Below are positions 49,345-59,729 of a DNA stretch of 64,000 nucleotides, piece after piece (within the stretch, counting starts at the first letter, position 1; every line of letters begins with the position of its first letter). Position numbers and translations under genes: made by a program. This stretch comes from an uncultured delta proteobacterium (GTDB lineage Bacteria > Desulfobacterota > Binatia > UBA9968): positions 142,040-206,039 of the forward strand of contig CAVUZH010000008.1 in NCBI GenBank assembly GCA_963745835.1, read 5' to 3'. Under the pieces are notes generated by a model. That model saw only the letters and a list, made by a program, of their open reading frames with translations, made no database searches and was not told the origin of the DNA.

Positions 49345-50430
49345 ATGCAAATTAAGCTGAAACTCGGTTGTGCGAAAATCCTCAGTCCACTTCTCTTTGC
49401 CGTGATGACGGTTTTTACCATGCCGGCTACTGGCGGTTCATCCGTCACCGAAAGGGCCGCGCTTTCCTTTGAGGAAGCCCTCAGTAATCTGCCCCGCCTC
49501 AGGAGTTTGCTGATTTCAATTGACGGAGAACTCGTCGATGAGCGCTATTTCCACGGCGCGCGCTCTACCCACCCGGCTAATTTGAAGTCAGCTTCCAAAA
49601 GTATCATGTCGACTCTTATTGGCATCGCGCTGGATCGCGGGCAGCTCAAATCTATTACAGATCCAATTGCCAAGTTTTTTCCGGAGCATTTCGGCGCCGA
49701 CACTGATTCTGGAAAGAAGAGGATTACCATTGAAGATCTGTTAACCATGCGCTCGGGCCTAGAGACCACCAGCAACGTCAACTATGGACAATGGGTAACC
49801 AGCGCCAACTGGGTAGGTCACGTATTGACCCGCCCTCTGATCGACGAACCCGGCGGCAGGATGATCTATAGCACCGGCAACTCCCACCTGCTCTCGGCGA
49901 TACTGACGAAGGCGACGAAGATGAGCACGTTTGATTTCGCTCGGCGCTACTTAGCGGAGCCACTGGCCATTGCGATTCGCCCCTGGATCCGCGACCCGCA
50001 AGGCATCTACCTGGGCGGCAACGATATGCATTTAACTCCGCGGGCCATGCTTGAATACGGCGAACTCTATCTTAACCGCGGCCGGATGAAGGAAAAGCAG
50101 ATCGTCTCGCCGCGGTGGGTGGAGGAATCTCTCAAGCCGCGCACCAAATCCAGCTGGAGCGGCCGCGACTATGGATACGGCTGGTGGATCAACACTTTGG
50201 GCGGGCAGACGACCCACTATGCCTGGGGACATGGCGGTCAATTTATTTTCACAGTGCCTGGTCTCAAGCTAGTGGTAGTTACCACCGCGGTGCCGACGCC
50301 TGATGATGGACGACGGGAACACCAGCACGCCATTTACGATCTCATGGAGCGTCATCTTATTCCGGTGGCCGAAAGAAAACAGCTTGCAGCAGTAAGCAGC
50401 AAAACACGAATCGCCCCTCAACAGAATTGA
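49345..50430 (+). CDS. Serine hydrolase, beta-lactamase family (NylB/EstB-like)
   Basis: SASK (SxxK), DLLTMRSGL, YST, YGYGWW, GHGGQ. Confidence 0.87.
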   Translation: MQIKLKLGCAKILSPLLFAVMTVFTMPATGGSSVTERAALSFEEALSNLPRLRSLLISIDGELVDERYFHGARSTHPANLKSASKSIMSTLIGIALDRGQLKSITDPIAKFFPEHFGADTDSGKKRITIEDLLTMRSGLETTSNVNYGQWVTSANWVGHVLTRPLIDEPGGRMIYSTGNSHLLSAILTKATKMSTFDFARRYLAEPLAIAIRPWIRDPQGIYLGGNDMHLTPRAMLEYGELYLNRGRMKEKQIVSPRWVEESLKPRTKSSWSGRDYGYGWWINTLGGQTTHYAWGHGGQFIFTVPGLKLVVVTTAVPTPDDGRREHQHAIYDLMERHLIPVAERKQLAAVSSKTRIAPQQN

Positions 50431-50673
50431 CGAGCGCAGCAGTATTTTTACCCCGTTGTCGCTCCAGCTAATCTCGACACTCCTGAGTTTCGGTACAAGT
50501 TTTAGATATTGTGGCGAGTTGATTTTCGTTCACTCTTGCAGTTCAGCTGATAACGCATTTTCACGGGTGCGAGCATTCCCCTCGCCGGAGGGTCTATATA
50601 CTGAGAGTCGGTTCGCGTCGTCGCCGCTCCTCAGACGACGGACTCGGCTGGCATATTTGATCTGATCGTTGAA

Positions 50674-51627
50674 ATGAAGGCTCTTCGAATTCACAGATTT
50701 GGCGCTCCCGAGGTAATCCGCATAGAGGACATCCCCAAGCCTGTGCCGAACGCGCGGGAGGTCGTCGTCAAGGTGGAAGCCGCCGGTGTTGGTCCATGGG
50801 ATGCTTTGATCCGCCGCGGCGACAGCGCTCTACCCCAAACCCTTCCACTCACTTTGGGGTCTGACTTTTCCGGTGTGATAGACTCTATCGGCTCCGGTGT
50901 GGAGCGATTCAAAATTGGCGACGAAGTCTTTGGCGTAACGGCCGAGAGTTTCACTGGAGGCTGTGCCGAATATGCTCGCGCTAAACCGAGCATGATCGCG
51001 CCCAAGCCGCGAACCCTCAATTACAGCCATGCTGCCTCAGTGCCGGTCGTGAGCGTAACCGCATGGCAGATGGTGTTTGAGTTTGCCCGGTTGAGCGCCG
51101 GACAGTCGGTGCTCATCCACGGCGGCGCTGGTAATGTTGGCGGCTACGCAGTGCAGTTTGCCAAACAAGCGGGCGCAATGGTGATAACCACCGCAGCCGC
51201 TTGCGATGTTTCCTACATCCGCAGTCTCGGCGGCCTGGGGGTGATCGACTACCGCGCCAGCCGCTTTGAGGAAAAGGTAAAAGACGTCGACGTCGTGATC
51301 GATACTGTCGGCGGCGAGATCCTCGAACGATCTTATGGTGTGGTTAAGCGCGGCGGCGTCATCGTCTCTTCATCGGCTGCTCCATCCCAAGAAAAGGCTC
51401 ATCGACACGGGGTGCGAGCGTCATTCTTCCTGGTTGAGGTCACTGCCGAGCGATTGCAAAAAATTACCGAGCTCATCGATGCGGGCAGGCTAAAGACTCA
51501 AGTTGGTGAAGTGCTCTGGCTCGACGAAGGCCGGCAAGCCCACGAGATGCTCGAAGGCGCCCCGCACAGGCGCGGTAAAATAATCCTGAAGACGCAAAGC
51601 GCGCACGGCAATCGGTCATTGGCTTGA
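50674..51627 (+). CDS. NADP-dependent MDR (quinone oxidoreductase-like) oxidoreductase
   Basis: LGSDFSG, VLIHGGAGNVG, VIDTVGG, GKIIL. Confidence 0.88.
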   Translation: MKALRIHRFGAPEVIRIEDIPKPVPNAREVVVKVEAAGVGPWDALIRRGDSALPQTLPLTLGSDFSGVIDSIGSGVERFKIGDEVFGVTAESFTGGCAEYARAKPSMIAPKPRTLNYSHAASVPVVSVTAWQMVFEFARLSAGQSVLIHGGAGNVGGYAVQFAKQAGAMVITTAAACDVSYIRSLGGLGVIDYRASRFEEKVKDVDVVIDTVGGEILERSYGVVKRGGVIVSSSAAPSQEKAHRHGVRASFFLVEVTAERLQKITELIDAGRLKTQVGEVLWLDEGRQAHEMLEGAPHRRGKIILKTQSAHGNRSLA

Positions 51628-51769
51628 AGCAATCCATGATCCTGCTCGGCTATGCCGATATGCGTCCGAGAAACAAAAAGCTCACCCGCGCGACCAACCT
51701 CTCTCTGTTCTTGTAGGAGTTCATTTCACGAGCACGAACACGGGTTTCTCCGGCTCACCTTAGGCCTCG

Positions 51770-52798
51770 TCACTTACTGAGCAACGTTTTCATCCGGTCA
51801 ATCAACTCCCGATTGGCGGTGAAAACCTCTTTCGCCAGAGATTCGAGATCCTCAGCGCTGGTCGGATCTATATCCAGCCTCCTCTTTTTAGCATCCGCCA
51901 ACAACGCCGGATCGCTGAGAGTCTTGCTAAAGGCTTCTCGGAGCATCTTCACACGATCTGCCGGTATGCCGGGTGTGGCTATGATGGGACGGCCAAATTC
52001 TCCGGATGCCAACACCAATGCTGCCATGCGTTTGGTCCCTTCCGGAGTCTTGTATTGTTCGATGAGCTCTTGAACGGTGGGCACCTCGGGCAAGCGAGGA
52101 TCCCGGGTCTTGCCGGTCTGAAATAAAACCCGCACAAAATTCTTCTTACGCCAGCTGATGAAAGGCTCGCGCGCAAAGTACGTCGTGACGGTAAAAGCGC
52201 GGCAATCCACTTCGCCTTTTTCCACCGCCAGGTCGATTTCCTGTCCTCCTTTATATCCGGTAACTATTTCGAACTTCGCGCCGATGCTTTCATTCATCAG
52301 TTTTACTAAATAGTAGGATGGCGAGCCTGTGCCGGTGGAGCCGCATTTAGGAGACTCATTGGTCTTGGTCACGTCGTGAATCGTTTTGAACGGCGTATCA
52401 CTGCGCATGTAGAGCAAGTTATTTGACTTCTCGAAGCTCCCCAACCAGGTGAATTTGGGCCAGTCAAATTTTACTTCCGATCGTCCAACGAGCTGATCGA
52501 AATAAAGCGACGGCAGAATCGATCCAAACGTCAAACCGTCCGGTTTGGCGACGTTGTAGACGTAATTCGCCGTAATCATGCTCGATGCACCGGCCATGTT
52601 TTGCACGATGATATTGGGGTTACCAGGGATATGCTTCCCCATATGCTCGGCTAGCATGCGGGCGTAGAGATCATAGACGTCCCCAGCGGGAAGCCCGACG
52701 ATGATTCTGATAGTTTTACCCTCGTAAAAAGGAGCCTGAGCCTCGAGGTTGGCAGCACCAAAAATCAGAAACAGGAAACCGATAACAAAGCTTTTCAT
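51770..52798 (-). CDS. Tripartite tricarboxylate transporter substrate-binding protein (Bug/TctC-like)
   Basis: FYEGKTIRIIVG, YDLYAR, IPGNP..IVQNM, AKPDGLT, GYKGG. Confidence 0.88.
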   Translation of the reverse strand: MKSFVIGFLFLIFGAANLEAQAPFYEGKTIRIIVGLPAGDVYDLYARMLAEHMGKHIPGNPNIIVQNMAGASSMITANYVYNVAKPDGLTFGSILPSLYFDQLVGRSEVKFDWPKFTWLGSFEKSNNLLYMRSDTPFKTIHDVTKTNESPKCGSTGTGSPSYYLVKLMNESIGAKFEIVTGYKGGQEIDLAVEKGEVDCRAFTVTTYFAREPFISWRKKNFVRVLFQTGKTRDPRLPEVPTVQELIEQYKTPEGTKRMAALVLASGEFGRPIIATPGIPADRVKMLREAFSKTLSDPALLADAKKRRLDIDPTSAEDLESLAKEVFTANRELIDRMKTLLSK

Positions 52799-53221
52799 GG
52801 TTCGCTCCCCCCCAATCCAGATTTAGATCCTTGCCGCCAAATACTTTCGATTCATCGCTATCCTCTTTTGTATACCAATCACGAGGTACAATCGGGAGTT
52901 TTTTCTGCCCGAGCGGTCAAAGGTTATTCGATTCAGGATTCTCGTGTCAACTGAAGGGAATCAAAACTCCCGAAATGGCTCTGTCGCTCCAGGCGTGGCG
53001 TTTTAATTCGGTTGACCGGCAGCCAGACGCAAGCCGGACCTTCTTAGGCGCATGTTTGTAAATCAAAAATCGCCGGCGCAGCTAGCGCAAACCATGCTAA
53101 CGTGGCCCGTATCAAGCCGAGTTCTGCAAAACCAGTTAAAAAAATTTCCAAAGTATTTGACAAACCTGCCTGCTTACAGTAACTAAGACAATCTTCGCAG
53201 CGGTCTGATGGAAGGACTAAC

Positions 53222-53431
53222 TTGAAGCAAAACAAGGACAAACACACGCTGGTCAAGAAGAAGAATTTGAACCAGCTGCGTGAAAATTTAGCACGTACCT
53301 CGTTTCAAAGCTGGATGTTAGCGTCTCAAAGGGCACGAAATCTCCGGCGCCGCGGCTATGATGTCTCTGTTCCTCCACCCCGTATCGGCCGGCCTCAGCT
53401 TCTTCTCATCAGCCGGCGCGACCCCGTTTAG
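53222..53431 (+). CDS. Small basic hypothetical protein
   Basis: TTGACA at 53157, AAGGA RBS, TTG start, 69-aa Arg/Lys-rich ORF. Confidence 0.4.
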   Translation: MKQNKDKHTLVKKKNLNQLRENLARTSFQSWMLASQRARNLRRRGYDVSVPPPRIGRPQLLLISRRDPV

Positions 53432-53790
53432 TAACAATCCTGTTTCCATCCGGGCCTAAGCACCGATCCAGTCATACAAAGCGGCTGGTGTTGCTCTTCA
53501 AAAGCAACGGTGCGGTCATCCGTCTCCGCACGATGAATCACCAGCCCAACTCGGCTAGTGAGGAGGTCAAGTGCCTCGCCTAACTCCTGAGGCGTAGGTA
53601 GCACTAGCAGCTTACCCTGTGCCACAATCAAAACGTCAGGCGGATTGCGGGTTAACAGTCGGTCGAGGGCGTCCCATTCAAAAATCGGCATTACACGACG
53701 AGCGGATGCCGGACTCGCGTAAGGTTGTGCGCGCAGGTACTCCCGCGCAAACAAACTGACCTTCATCGGATTCAACCACTCCTTGAGCAT
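53428..53790 (-). pseudogene. Probable N-terminal fragment of a JmjC/cupin-4 (ROX-like) protein
   Basis: WLNPM...FAREYL..QPY...FEWDALDRLL resembles that family's N-terminus; no HxD...H catalytic core follows. Confidence 0.35.
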
Positions 53791-53849
53791 AACTCAAATT
53801 GCAGTTTGAAGCGTGTCGGGCGACCCTACTTTAGATCCGACCACACGTT

Positions 53850-53891
53850 AAACAAAAAGAGGGGAGCAACCCGATCTGTTGCTCCCCTCTT
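53850..53891 (-). terminator. Rho-independent terminator of the RRM gene
   Basis: 14-bp stem AAGAGGGGAGCAAC/GTTGCTCCCCTCTT with a U tail on the minus strand. Confidence 0.85.
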
Positions 53892-53916
53892 CTGTGTTAC
53901 TTGTGTCGACTAAGGA

Positions 53917-54234
53917 CTACCAACGATTACGTGCGCCGCCATTCCGGTCACCCCGGCCTCCGCCGTCACCGAAGTTATCGCGCTTGGCCATCGGCTTGGC
54001 CTCATTGACGGTCAGAGTGCGGCCGTCGAGTTGTGTGCCGTTTAGCGCCGAGATGGCGCTTTGCGCCTCGCTGCCCGAGCTCATCTCGACAAAGCCGAAG
54101 CCGCGAGACTGACCGGTCATTTTATCGGCAATCACGTTAGCCGATTCAACCGTACCGTGTATCGAGAAAACTTCCTGTAAACGCCCTTCCGTGACGGAAT
54201 AAGGCAACCCACCTACATATAATTTACTACCCAT
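53917..54234 (-). CDS. RRM-domain RNA-binding protein with Gly-rich tail
   Basis: RNP2 LYVGGL, RNP1 RGFGFVEM, LTVNEAKP; RBS AGGAGG. Confidence 0.95.
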   Translation of the reverse strand: MGSKLYVGGLPYSVTEGRLQEVFSIHGTVESANVIADKMTGQSRGFGFVEMSSGSEAQSAISALNGTQLDGRTLTVNEAKPMAKRDNFGDGGGRGDRNGGARNRW

Positions 54235-54731
54235 GTTCTCCTCCTATGAGAGACTGTTATTGTCTTTGACCCTGAGAATCCGACTGCAAATGGGAGAACA
54301 TGGACTAACAAAATATTTAAACCACGCCCTGATCGGAAATCATTTAAAGAGAGCTTCGCAAGGATAGAGACTGGAAGAGGCCTTCAAATTTGTGCTTTCC
54401 CCAGAAGGCCATAGACTGAAGAAGATAATTCACACTATGTGGTGTGGGGGACGATGTCAATGTCCATCTCTGATATTTCAGAAATAAGTTTGGTGTATTG
54501 GTTGACTGAGCTTGGAGCGGAGTTGTGCCAAGGATACTCGGCCTCAAGTATACACAGAAATCCCGATCGAGAGTTCGCCGGATATTTTCAGCCGGGTTAA
54601 GCTTCGATGTTTCGGAGTCCAATAGAGTTTACTGGCCTGGTCTAACAAGCCTAAACAGGATCAGGATTGTCACACCTCGTGTGCCTGGCTTATTCCTGAC
54701 GAAACCGATATCTGTTAATCTCAATTCAATC

Positions 54732-55067
54732 ATGGCTGCTCCGAACAAACGGCTATACCCGCGCAGCCAGGACAAAAAACCTGGCGGGATAAAGTATCCC
54801 ATCGTCAGCCGCAAAGCCGGAGTCCTTGTAGCTATGGCTCTGGAGCTTCCCGGAAGTATTATCGGCGGATTGTTCATCGGCTACCTGCTTGATAATTATT
54901 TCGATACTTCTCCGTGGATCATGATGGCACTGACAACCCTTGGCTTTACCGCAGCCTGCATACGGCTGGTGCGATGGGCCCGGTATTTTGCCGAGGAACG
55001 TAGCAAAACCGAATCAGCGAACCGCGAGCGATCTACTGATCGAAACGCGGCAAGCCTAAAAGAATGA
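54732..55067 (+). CDS. AtpZ/AtpI (ATP synthase gene 1)-like membrane protein, orphan
   Basis: ALELPGSIIGGLFIGYLLDNYFDTSPW two-helix motif. Confidence 0.7.
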   Translation: MAAPNKRLYPRSQDKKPGGIKYPIVSRKAGVLVAMALELPGSIIGGLFIGYLLDNYFDTSPWIMMALTTLGFTAACIRLVRWARYFAEERSKTESANRERSTDRNAASLKE

Positions 55068-55169
55068 ACAGCCTCGAGTTCCTGATCATCGACGCAATTA
55101 TCTAATGTGCAATAAACAGCGCGGCAATCAGAAGATCCTGACGATATTGGGAAACGCAACGCGATAAGG

Positions 55170-55829
55170 TTGAAAGGAAAAGCGGTGAAAAGATTCTGTC
55201 AATGGAGTTTTATTCGCAATTTTTCGATGGCATCGGTAATCGGTCTGGCACTGATCGGCGGCAATGCTGGGGCTCAAACCGGTTCGGCGGGAAACCCCAT
55301 TTCGGTGAACGGCACGATATCCTCGATCACAGGTTCAGATATGTCAGTGATGGCCAATAGCGGTCCGATTGTCGTGAAGCTTGGCGACAACACGATTATT
55401 CGAGGCGAAGTGCCGGTGAAGTTTTCCGATATTAGCTCCGGTATGTATGTCGGAGCCACCGCGGAAAAGCAGCCGGATGGCACTTTCCGCGCCAGCCGCT
55501 TGCACATTTTCTCCGAGGACCAGCGCGGCACCGGAGAAGGCCACAGGCCGTTAGCCTCGGCGCCGCAGAGCGGCTCGACCATGACCAACGCCAACGTCGA
55601 AACTGTCGAGGACGTGGCGGTACAAGACGTGAAAGGCCGGATGCTAACGCTGAAGTACAAGGGCGGACAGATCAAGGTCCTCGTGCCGGCGGACACTCCG
55701 GTCGTCAAGCGCGTTGTCGGTGACCGCCAACTGCTTACACCCGGGAGCACTGTGTCGGCCAGCGGTCCTCGAGCGGAGGACGGCGCCATCGTTGCCTCGC
55801 AGATTACCGTGCGCGCGTCGGCCAACTAG
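55170..55829 (+). CDS. Exported hypothetical protein (DUF5666-like OB-fold repeats)
   Basis: Signal peptide; QPDGTFRA..HIF.E..RGTGEGHRP, STMTNANV, LKYKGG...VPADTPVV; start uncertain. Confidence 0.65.
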   Translation: MKGKAVKRFCQWSFIRNFSMASVIGLALIGGNAGAQTGSAGNPISVNGTISSITGSDMSVMANSGPIVVKLGDNTIIRGEVPVKFSDISSGMYVGATAEKQPDGTFRASRLHIFSEDQRGTGEGHRPLASAPQSGSTMTNANVETVEDVAVQDVKGRMLTLKYKGGQIKVLVPADTPVVKRVVGDRQLLTPGSTVSASGPRAEDGAIVASQITVRASAN

Positions 55830-56179
55830 CGCGCAAAAACGAATGGAGTGTTGGATCCGCATGCCTGATTCAATATTCCAATTCGAAACTGTGATAAGGC
55901 TTTTATTCCAAAACGATCTTCGGAATGCCCTCGGCACTTTAAGCCGGGCTTGCGCCTAACAATCCTTCCTGTCGATCGCTCATTGTAGACTGTTGCAGCT
56001 CGCGCACATCTGCCCTCTTCGATGTCCATCCCTTCCCATCAAGAATCAATGCTCAATCCGTCCCCGTCTTTCCGCACAGTAGAATCCTGCGCGGTTTTTA
56101 GTTAGCTAAAATAAGCGCCGGTGAACAACAACGGCTCATTGTAAGGCGGATATCCAACACGGTAGGAGGCGGTTTTTCG

Positions 56180-57520
56180 ATGATGCGCGAGATCGAAGAG
56201 GTATTGAACAAGGTCCGAGCAACCAGTGAACATCAGCCAATTTTTTTGCAGGCGATTCAGGAGGTATTTGAATCCATCGAGCCGGCGGTGAGCCGGCATC
56301 CCCAATACATCAAGCATGGTATTTTGGAACGCATGGTCGAACCGGAGCGGACGATCATTTTCCGAGTGCCCTGGGTGGACGACCAGGGTAAGATAAGAGT
56401 CAACCGCGGCTTTCGCATTGAAATGAACAGCGCCATCGGCCCGTACAAGGGCGGCCTGAGATTTCATCCGAGCGTCAATTCCGGGATTCTAAAGTTTCTC
56501 GCCTTCGAGCAAACCTTTAAAAACGCGTTGACGACCTTGCCGATGGGCGGCGGCAAAGGGGGCGCGGATTTGGATCCAAAGGGTAAGAGCGATTTGGAAG
56601 TAATGCGATTTTGCCAATCCTTCATGACCGAGTTGTTTCGTCACATCGGCCCGGATACGGATGTTCCGGCGGGAGATATCGGCGTCGGCGGCCGCGAGAT
56701 TGGTTATCTGTTCGGCCAGTACAAGCGCATCAAGAACGAATTCTCAGGCGCGCTGACCGGCAAGGGGCCAAACTGGGGAGGATCTTTAATACGCCCGGAG
56801 GCGACCGGTTATGGCGCGGTTTACTTTGCCCAGGAGATGCTCAACGGACGCGGCGACAGCCTCAGGGGCAAAGTTTGTGCTGTTTCGGGCTCGGGCAACG
56901 TGGCGCAGTATACCGTCGAGAAGCTCAACCATCTCGGCGCCAAGCCGGTCACGCTCTCCGACTCCGATGGCTTTATCTATGACCGCGACGGCATCAATCC
57001 GGAAAAACTCGCCTGGGTGATCGGCCTGAAAGAAGTGCGCCGCGGCCGCATACGCGAGTATGCCGAACATTTCAAGGCAGAGTTCTTTAAGGGGAAACGG
57101 CCCTGGGGCGTCGACTGCGATTGCGCCTTTCCCAGCGCGACGCAGAATGAGCTGGGCAGCGACGATGCGAGGATTTTACTCCGAAACGGCTGCGGTCTAA
57201 TTTCAGAAGGCGCCAACATGCCTTCGGAGCCAGATGCCGTGCGTCAATTCATCGAAACCAAAATCTGCTATGGTCCCGGCAAAGCGGCGAATGCCGGAGG
57301 CGTGGCGATCTCGGGACTGGAGATGAGTCAGAACTCTCTTCACTACAGCTGGACACGAGAAGAAGTCGAGCGCCGCTTGCAGGAGATCATGCACAGTATC
57401 TATGCGGCAGCTTCAAGCACGGCAGCCGAGTACGGCCAGCCCGCCAATCTGGTAATTGGGGCCAACATCGCCGCTTTTGTCAAAGTCGCTGACGCGATGA
57501 TCGCCCAGGGCGTAGTGTAA
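56180..57520 (+). CDS. gdhA: NADP-specific glutamate dehydrogenase
   Basis: GPYKGGLRFHPSVN, GGGKGG, DVPAGDIG, RPEATGYG, SGSGNVAQY, EGANMP. Confidence 0.96.
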   Translation: MMREIEEVLNKVRATSEHQPIFLQAIQEVFESIEPAVSRHPQYIKHGILERMVEPERTIIFRVPWVDDQGKIRVNRGFRIEMNSAIGPYKGGLRFHPSVNSGILKFLAFEQTFKNALTTLPMGGGKGGADLDPKGKSDLEVMRFCQSFMTELFRHIGPDTDVPAGDIGVGGREIGYLFGQYKRIKNEFSGALTGKGPNWGGSLIRPEATGYGAVYFAQEMLNGRGDSLRGKVCAVSGSGNVAQYTVEKLNHLGAKPVTLSDSDGFIYDRDGINPEKLAWVIGLKEVRRGRIREYAEHFKAEFFKGKRPWGVDCDCAFPSATQNELGSDDARILLRNGCGLISEGANMPSEPDAVRQFIETKICYGPGKAANAGGVAISGLEMSQNSLHYSWTREEVERRLQEIMHSIYAAASSTAAEYGQPANLVIGANIAAFVKVADAMIAQGVV

Positions 57521-57750
57521 GGTTATCAATTTCTTGAATCAGGAAATTTCACCCCCATCTATTTTTTGCATTTGATCGTTAAGTCCCTGACGTTCACCCC
57601 GACCGAACGATGCTCGTGCGAGCGGACGCGGAGATTCATTAGGTTGATTCGGCTGCCTTCTGTACTGAAAAGAACACACCTATCGCATCGAAACGAGCCG
57701 GATACTCTAAAAATCGGGACACGTCTGGGGCCGTGCCGTCGTAGACGTGG

Positions 57751-57765
57751 TGGCACGTTAACTGC
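57751..57765 (+). promoter_or_regulatory. sigma54 (-24/-12) promoter candidate
   Basis: TGGCACG-TTAA-CTGC vs consensus TGGCACG-N4-TTGC, 27 bp before ATG 57793. Confidence 0.55.
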
Positions 57766-57792
57766 CTCTTACAGGAGCGGAGGTAATTAGTC

Positions 57793-57951
57793 ATGGCTGA
57801 AGAATCTTGTGCTCATCCTAGTTGCGATTGCGAAATTGAGTCTGGCGCAGGCGTATCCAAAGGCGGAAAGAATTACTGCAGCGAGTTCTGCGCCGCCAGC
57901 GAGGGCGCCAGTCTGGAAGACTGCGAGTGCGGTCATCCAGATTGTGAGTGA
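57793..57951 (+). CDS. Bacterial metallothionein (SmtA/BmtA-like), 52 aa, absent from the ORF track
   Basis: Manual translation MAEESCAHPSCDCEIESGAGVSKGGKNYCSEFCAASEGASLEDCECGHPDCE; 8 Cys and 2 His; RBS GGAGGT. Confidence 0.85.
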   Translation: MAEESCAHPSCDCEIESGAGVSKGGKNYCSEFCAASEGASLEDCECGHPDCE

Positions 57952-58051
57952 ATAGACGCTTCGTACCGAAACCTCCAGTACTATTTTGACCGGGCGCCTC
58001 GTGTAACAGCCGACCGCCGAAAACATTTAGAGTCGACTGTGCCGCGGTGTT

Positions 58052-59426
58052 TTATGGTTTGATATTGTAATTCAAATGAAAAACATTGTCGGATCGACGC
58101 GTTTTTTAAATTGAGCTAGTCGATCATAGTTTGACCCGTAAGCAGCGGTCACTCGCTCGCCCTCATCCTCAGTCATAAAATTAACGTAAGCGCCGGCGGA
58201 AGCATAAGGCGCGCTTGCTTTGAAAAAAGCGCGTGCCCAGTCGATGCATCGCCGATCGTCTGCTGTGCTTTCCCAACGGCCGTGCACGTTCAAAACAAAC
58301 TTGGCGTCTCGGTGCGTGTAGGCGGTAGCGTCAGGAGCGATCCGATTGGCAGCGCCGGCGATATGACCGAAGAAGATCTCGCATTGAGGAGAGGGCAGCT
58401 TGCCGGCATACTCGATGATCACATCGATGGCACGTCGCTGAGCTCGGTGAAATTATGAGATTTCCAATAATTCCTGGCGCCGGCAGTGAGCAGAGGACCA
58501 AAAGCCTTCTGCCAATCTGCGTAGGGCTGCGCCCCGACATGCTCGCTGTGGGGATTTCCCAAAGAACGAAGCTCATCAATCAGCCTCCGGCCTTCCGTAG
58601 CCGCACCCTGCGTAAAAGATTGGCAGAACGATAACCTCCTTGCCATGAACATCTTGCGGAAGAAAAGGTAGCGGCGGCGCCTGGCGGAGCACAACCCAGA
58701 CGCTGAGATCCTCGGGCGCCGTATTAGCAACTTGACGATAGCGGGTCAGGACCTGCTTTGCCTGCGCAAAGGGGAATACGAGCAAGCCGGCGAGGATTTC
58801 AGGACCCACTGTGTGAAGTGCGAACTCGAACTGGGTAACGACATCGAAATTCCCCCCGCCGCCGCGCAAGGCCCAGAAAAGCTCCGGGTTGTCCTGCTCG
58901 CTTGCGCGTAGCTTTTTACCATCGGCAGTTATCACATCAGTCGAAACCAGATTGTCTATGGTCATGCCGTGCTTCCGAGTGAGCCAGCCGAAATCGCCAC
59001 CCAGAGTCAACCCGGCAATCCCGGTTGTCGAATTGATGCCTACCGGGGTCCCCAAACCGTGCCGCTGTGTCGCGGTGTCCAGATCACCGAGCGTTGCGCC
59101 CGCATCGCCATAGGCGCGTTTCTTGGGCGCATCCACTCGGACCTGCTTCATCTGTGAGAAATCGATGGTTAGGCCGCCATTGCAGATAGCGTTGCCGGCG
59201 ATGTTATGTCCGGCGCCCCGAATGGAAATCTCGAGCGCGTTATCCCGCGCAAACTTGATCGCCGGCGCAACATCTGCGCCGTTTGCCGGCTGCACGATAA
59301 CTGCTGGATGGCGATCGATCATGGCGTTCCAAACTTGGCGCGCCTCGTCGTAACCGGAATCGTCCGGGCCTAACACGTGGCCTTTGATCGCGCCGTTGAG
59401 CTTTGTTAATGCTTCTTTGATTGCAT
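58052..59426 (-). pseudogene. FAD-binding oxidoreductase (VAO/berberine-bridge family), multiply frameshifted
   Basis: VWNAMIDRHP, IRGAGHN, LFWALRGGGGNF, AYVNF, YGSNYDRL distributed over several frames. Confidence 0.8.
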
Positions 59427-59729
59427 GGCCGTAGGTTTACCTCCGGTATTGTTATGCAAAGTCGATCCTTAACTCTGAACCAGCGGAATGCCGCGTCCGT
59501 GACATGCGCGGGTCGAAACTAAGGGAATGGATATCCTAAGCTTCGCGCAATACGTTGGCTCAGTTTAGTCAAGCTAGTTCTGAGGAAAAGAGAACCGCAT
59601 TGAAAATAGCCGTCCAAGCGACGATATCACAGACGCAGCATCAAGCTGCGATGGGATGACAGCAGCGCCGTTGGTCCATTTCGGTCAAAAGTCCTTCACC
59701 GAAGTTGCCTGTGACGATCGACGCCGCAT

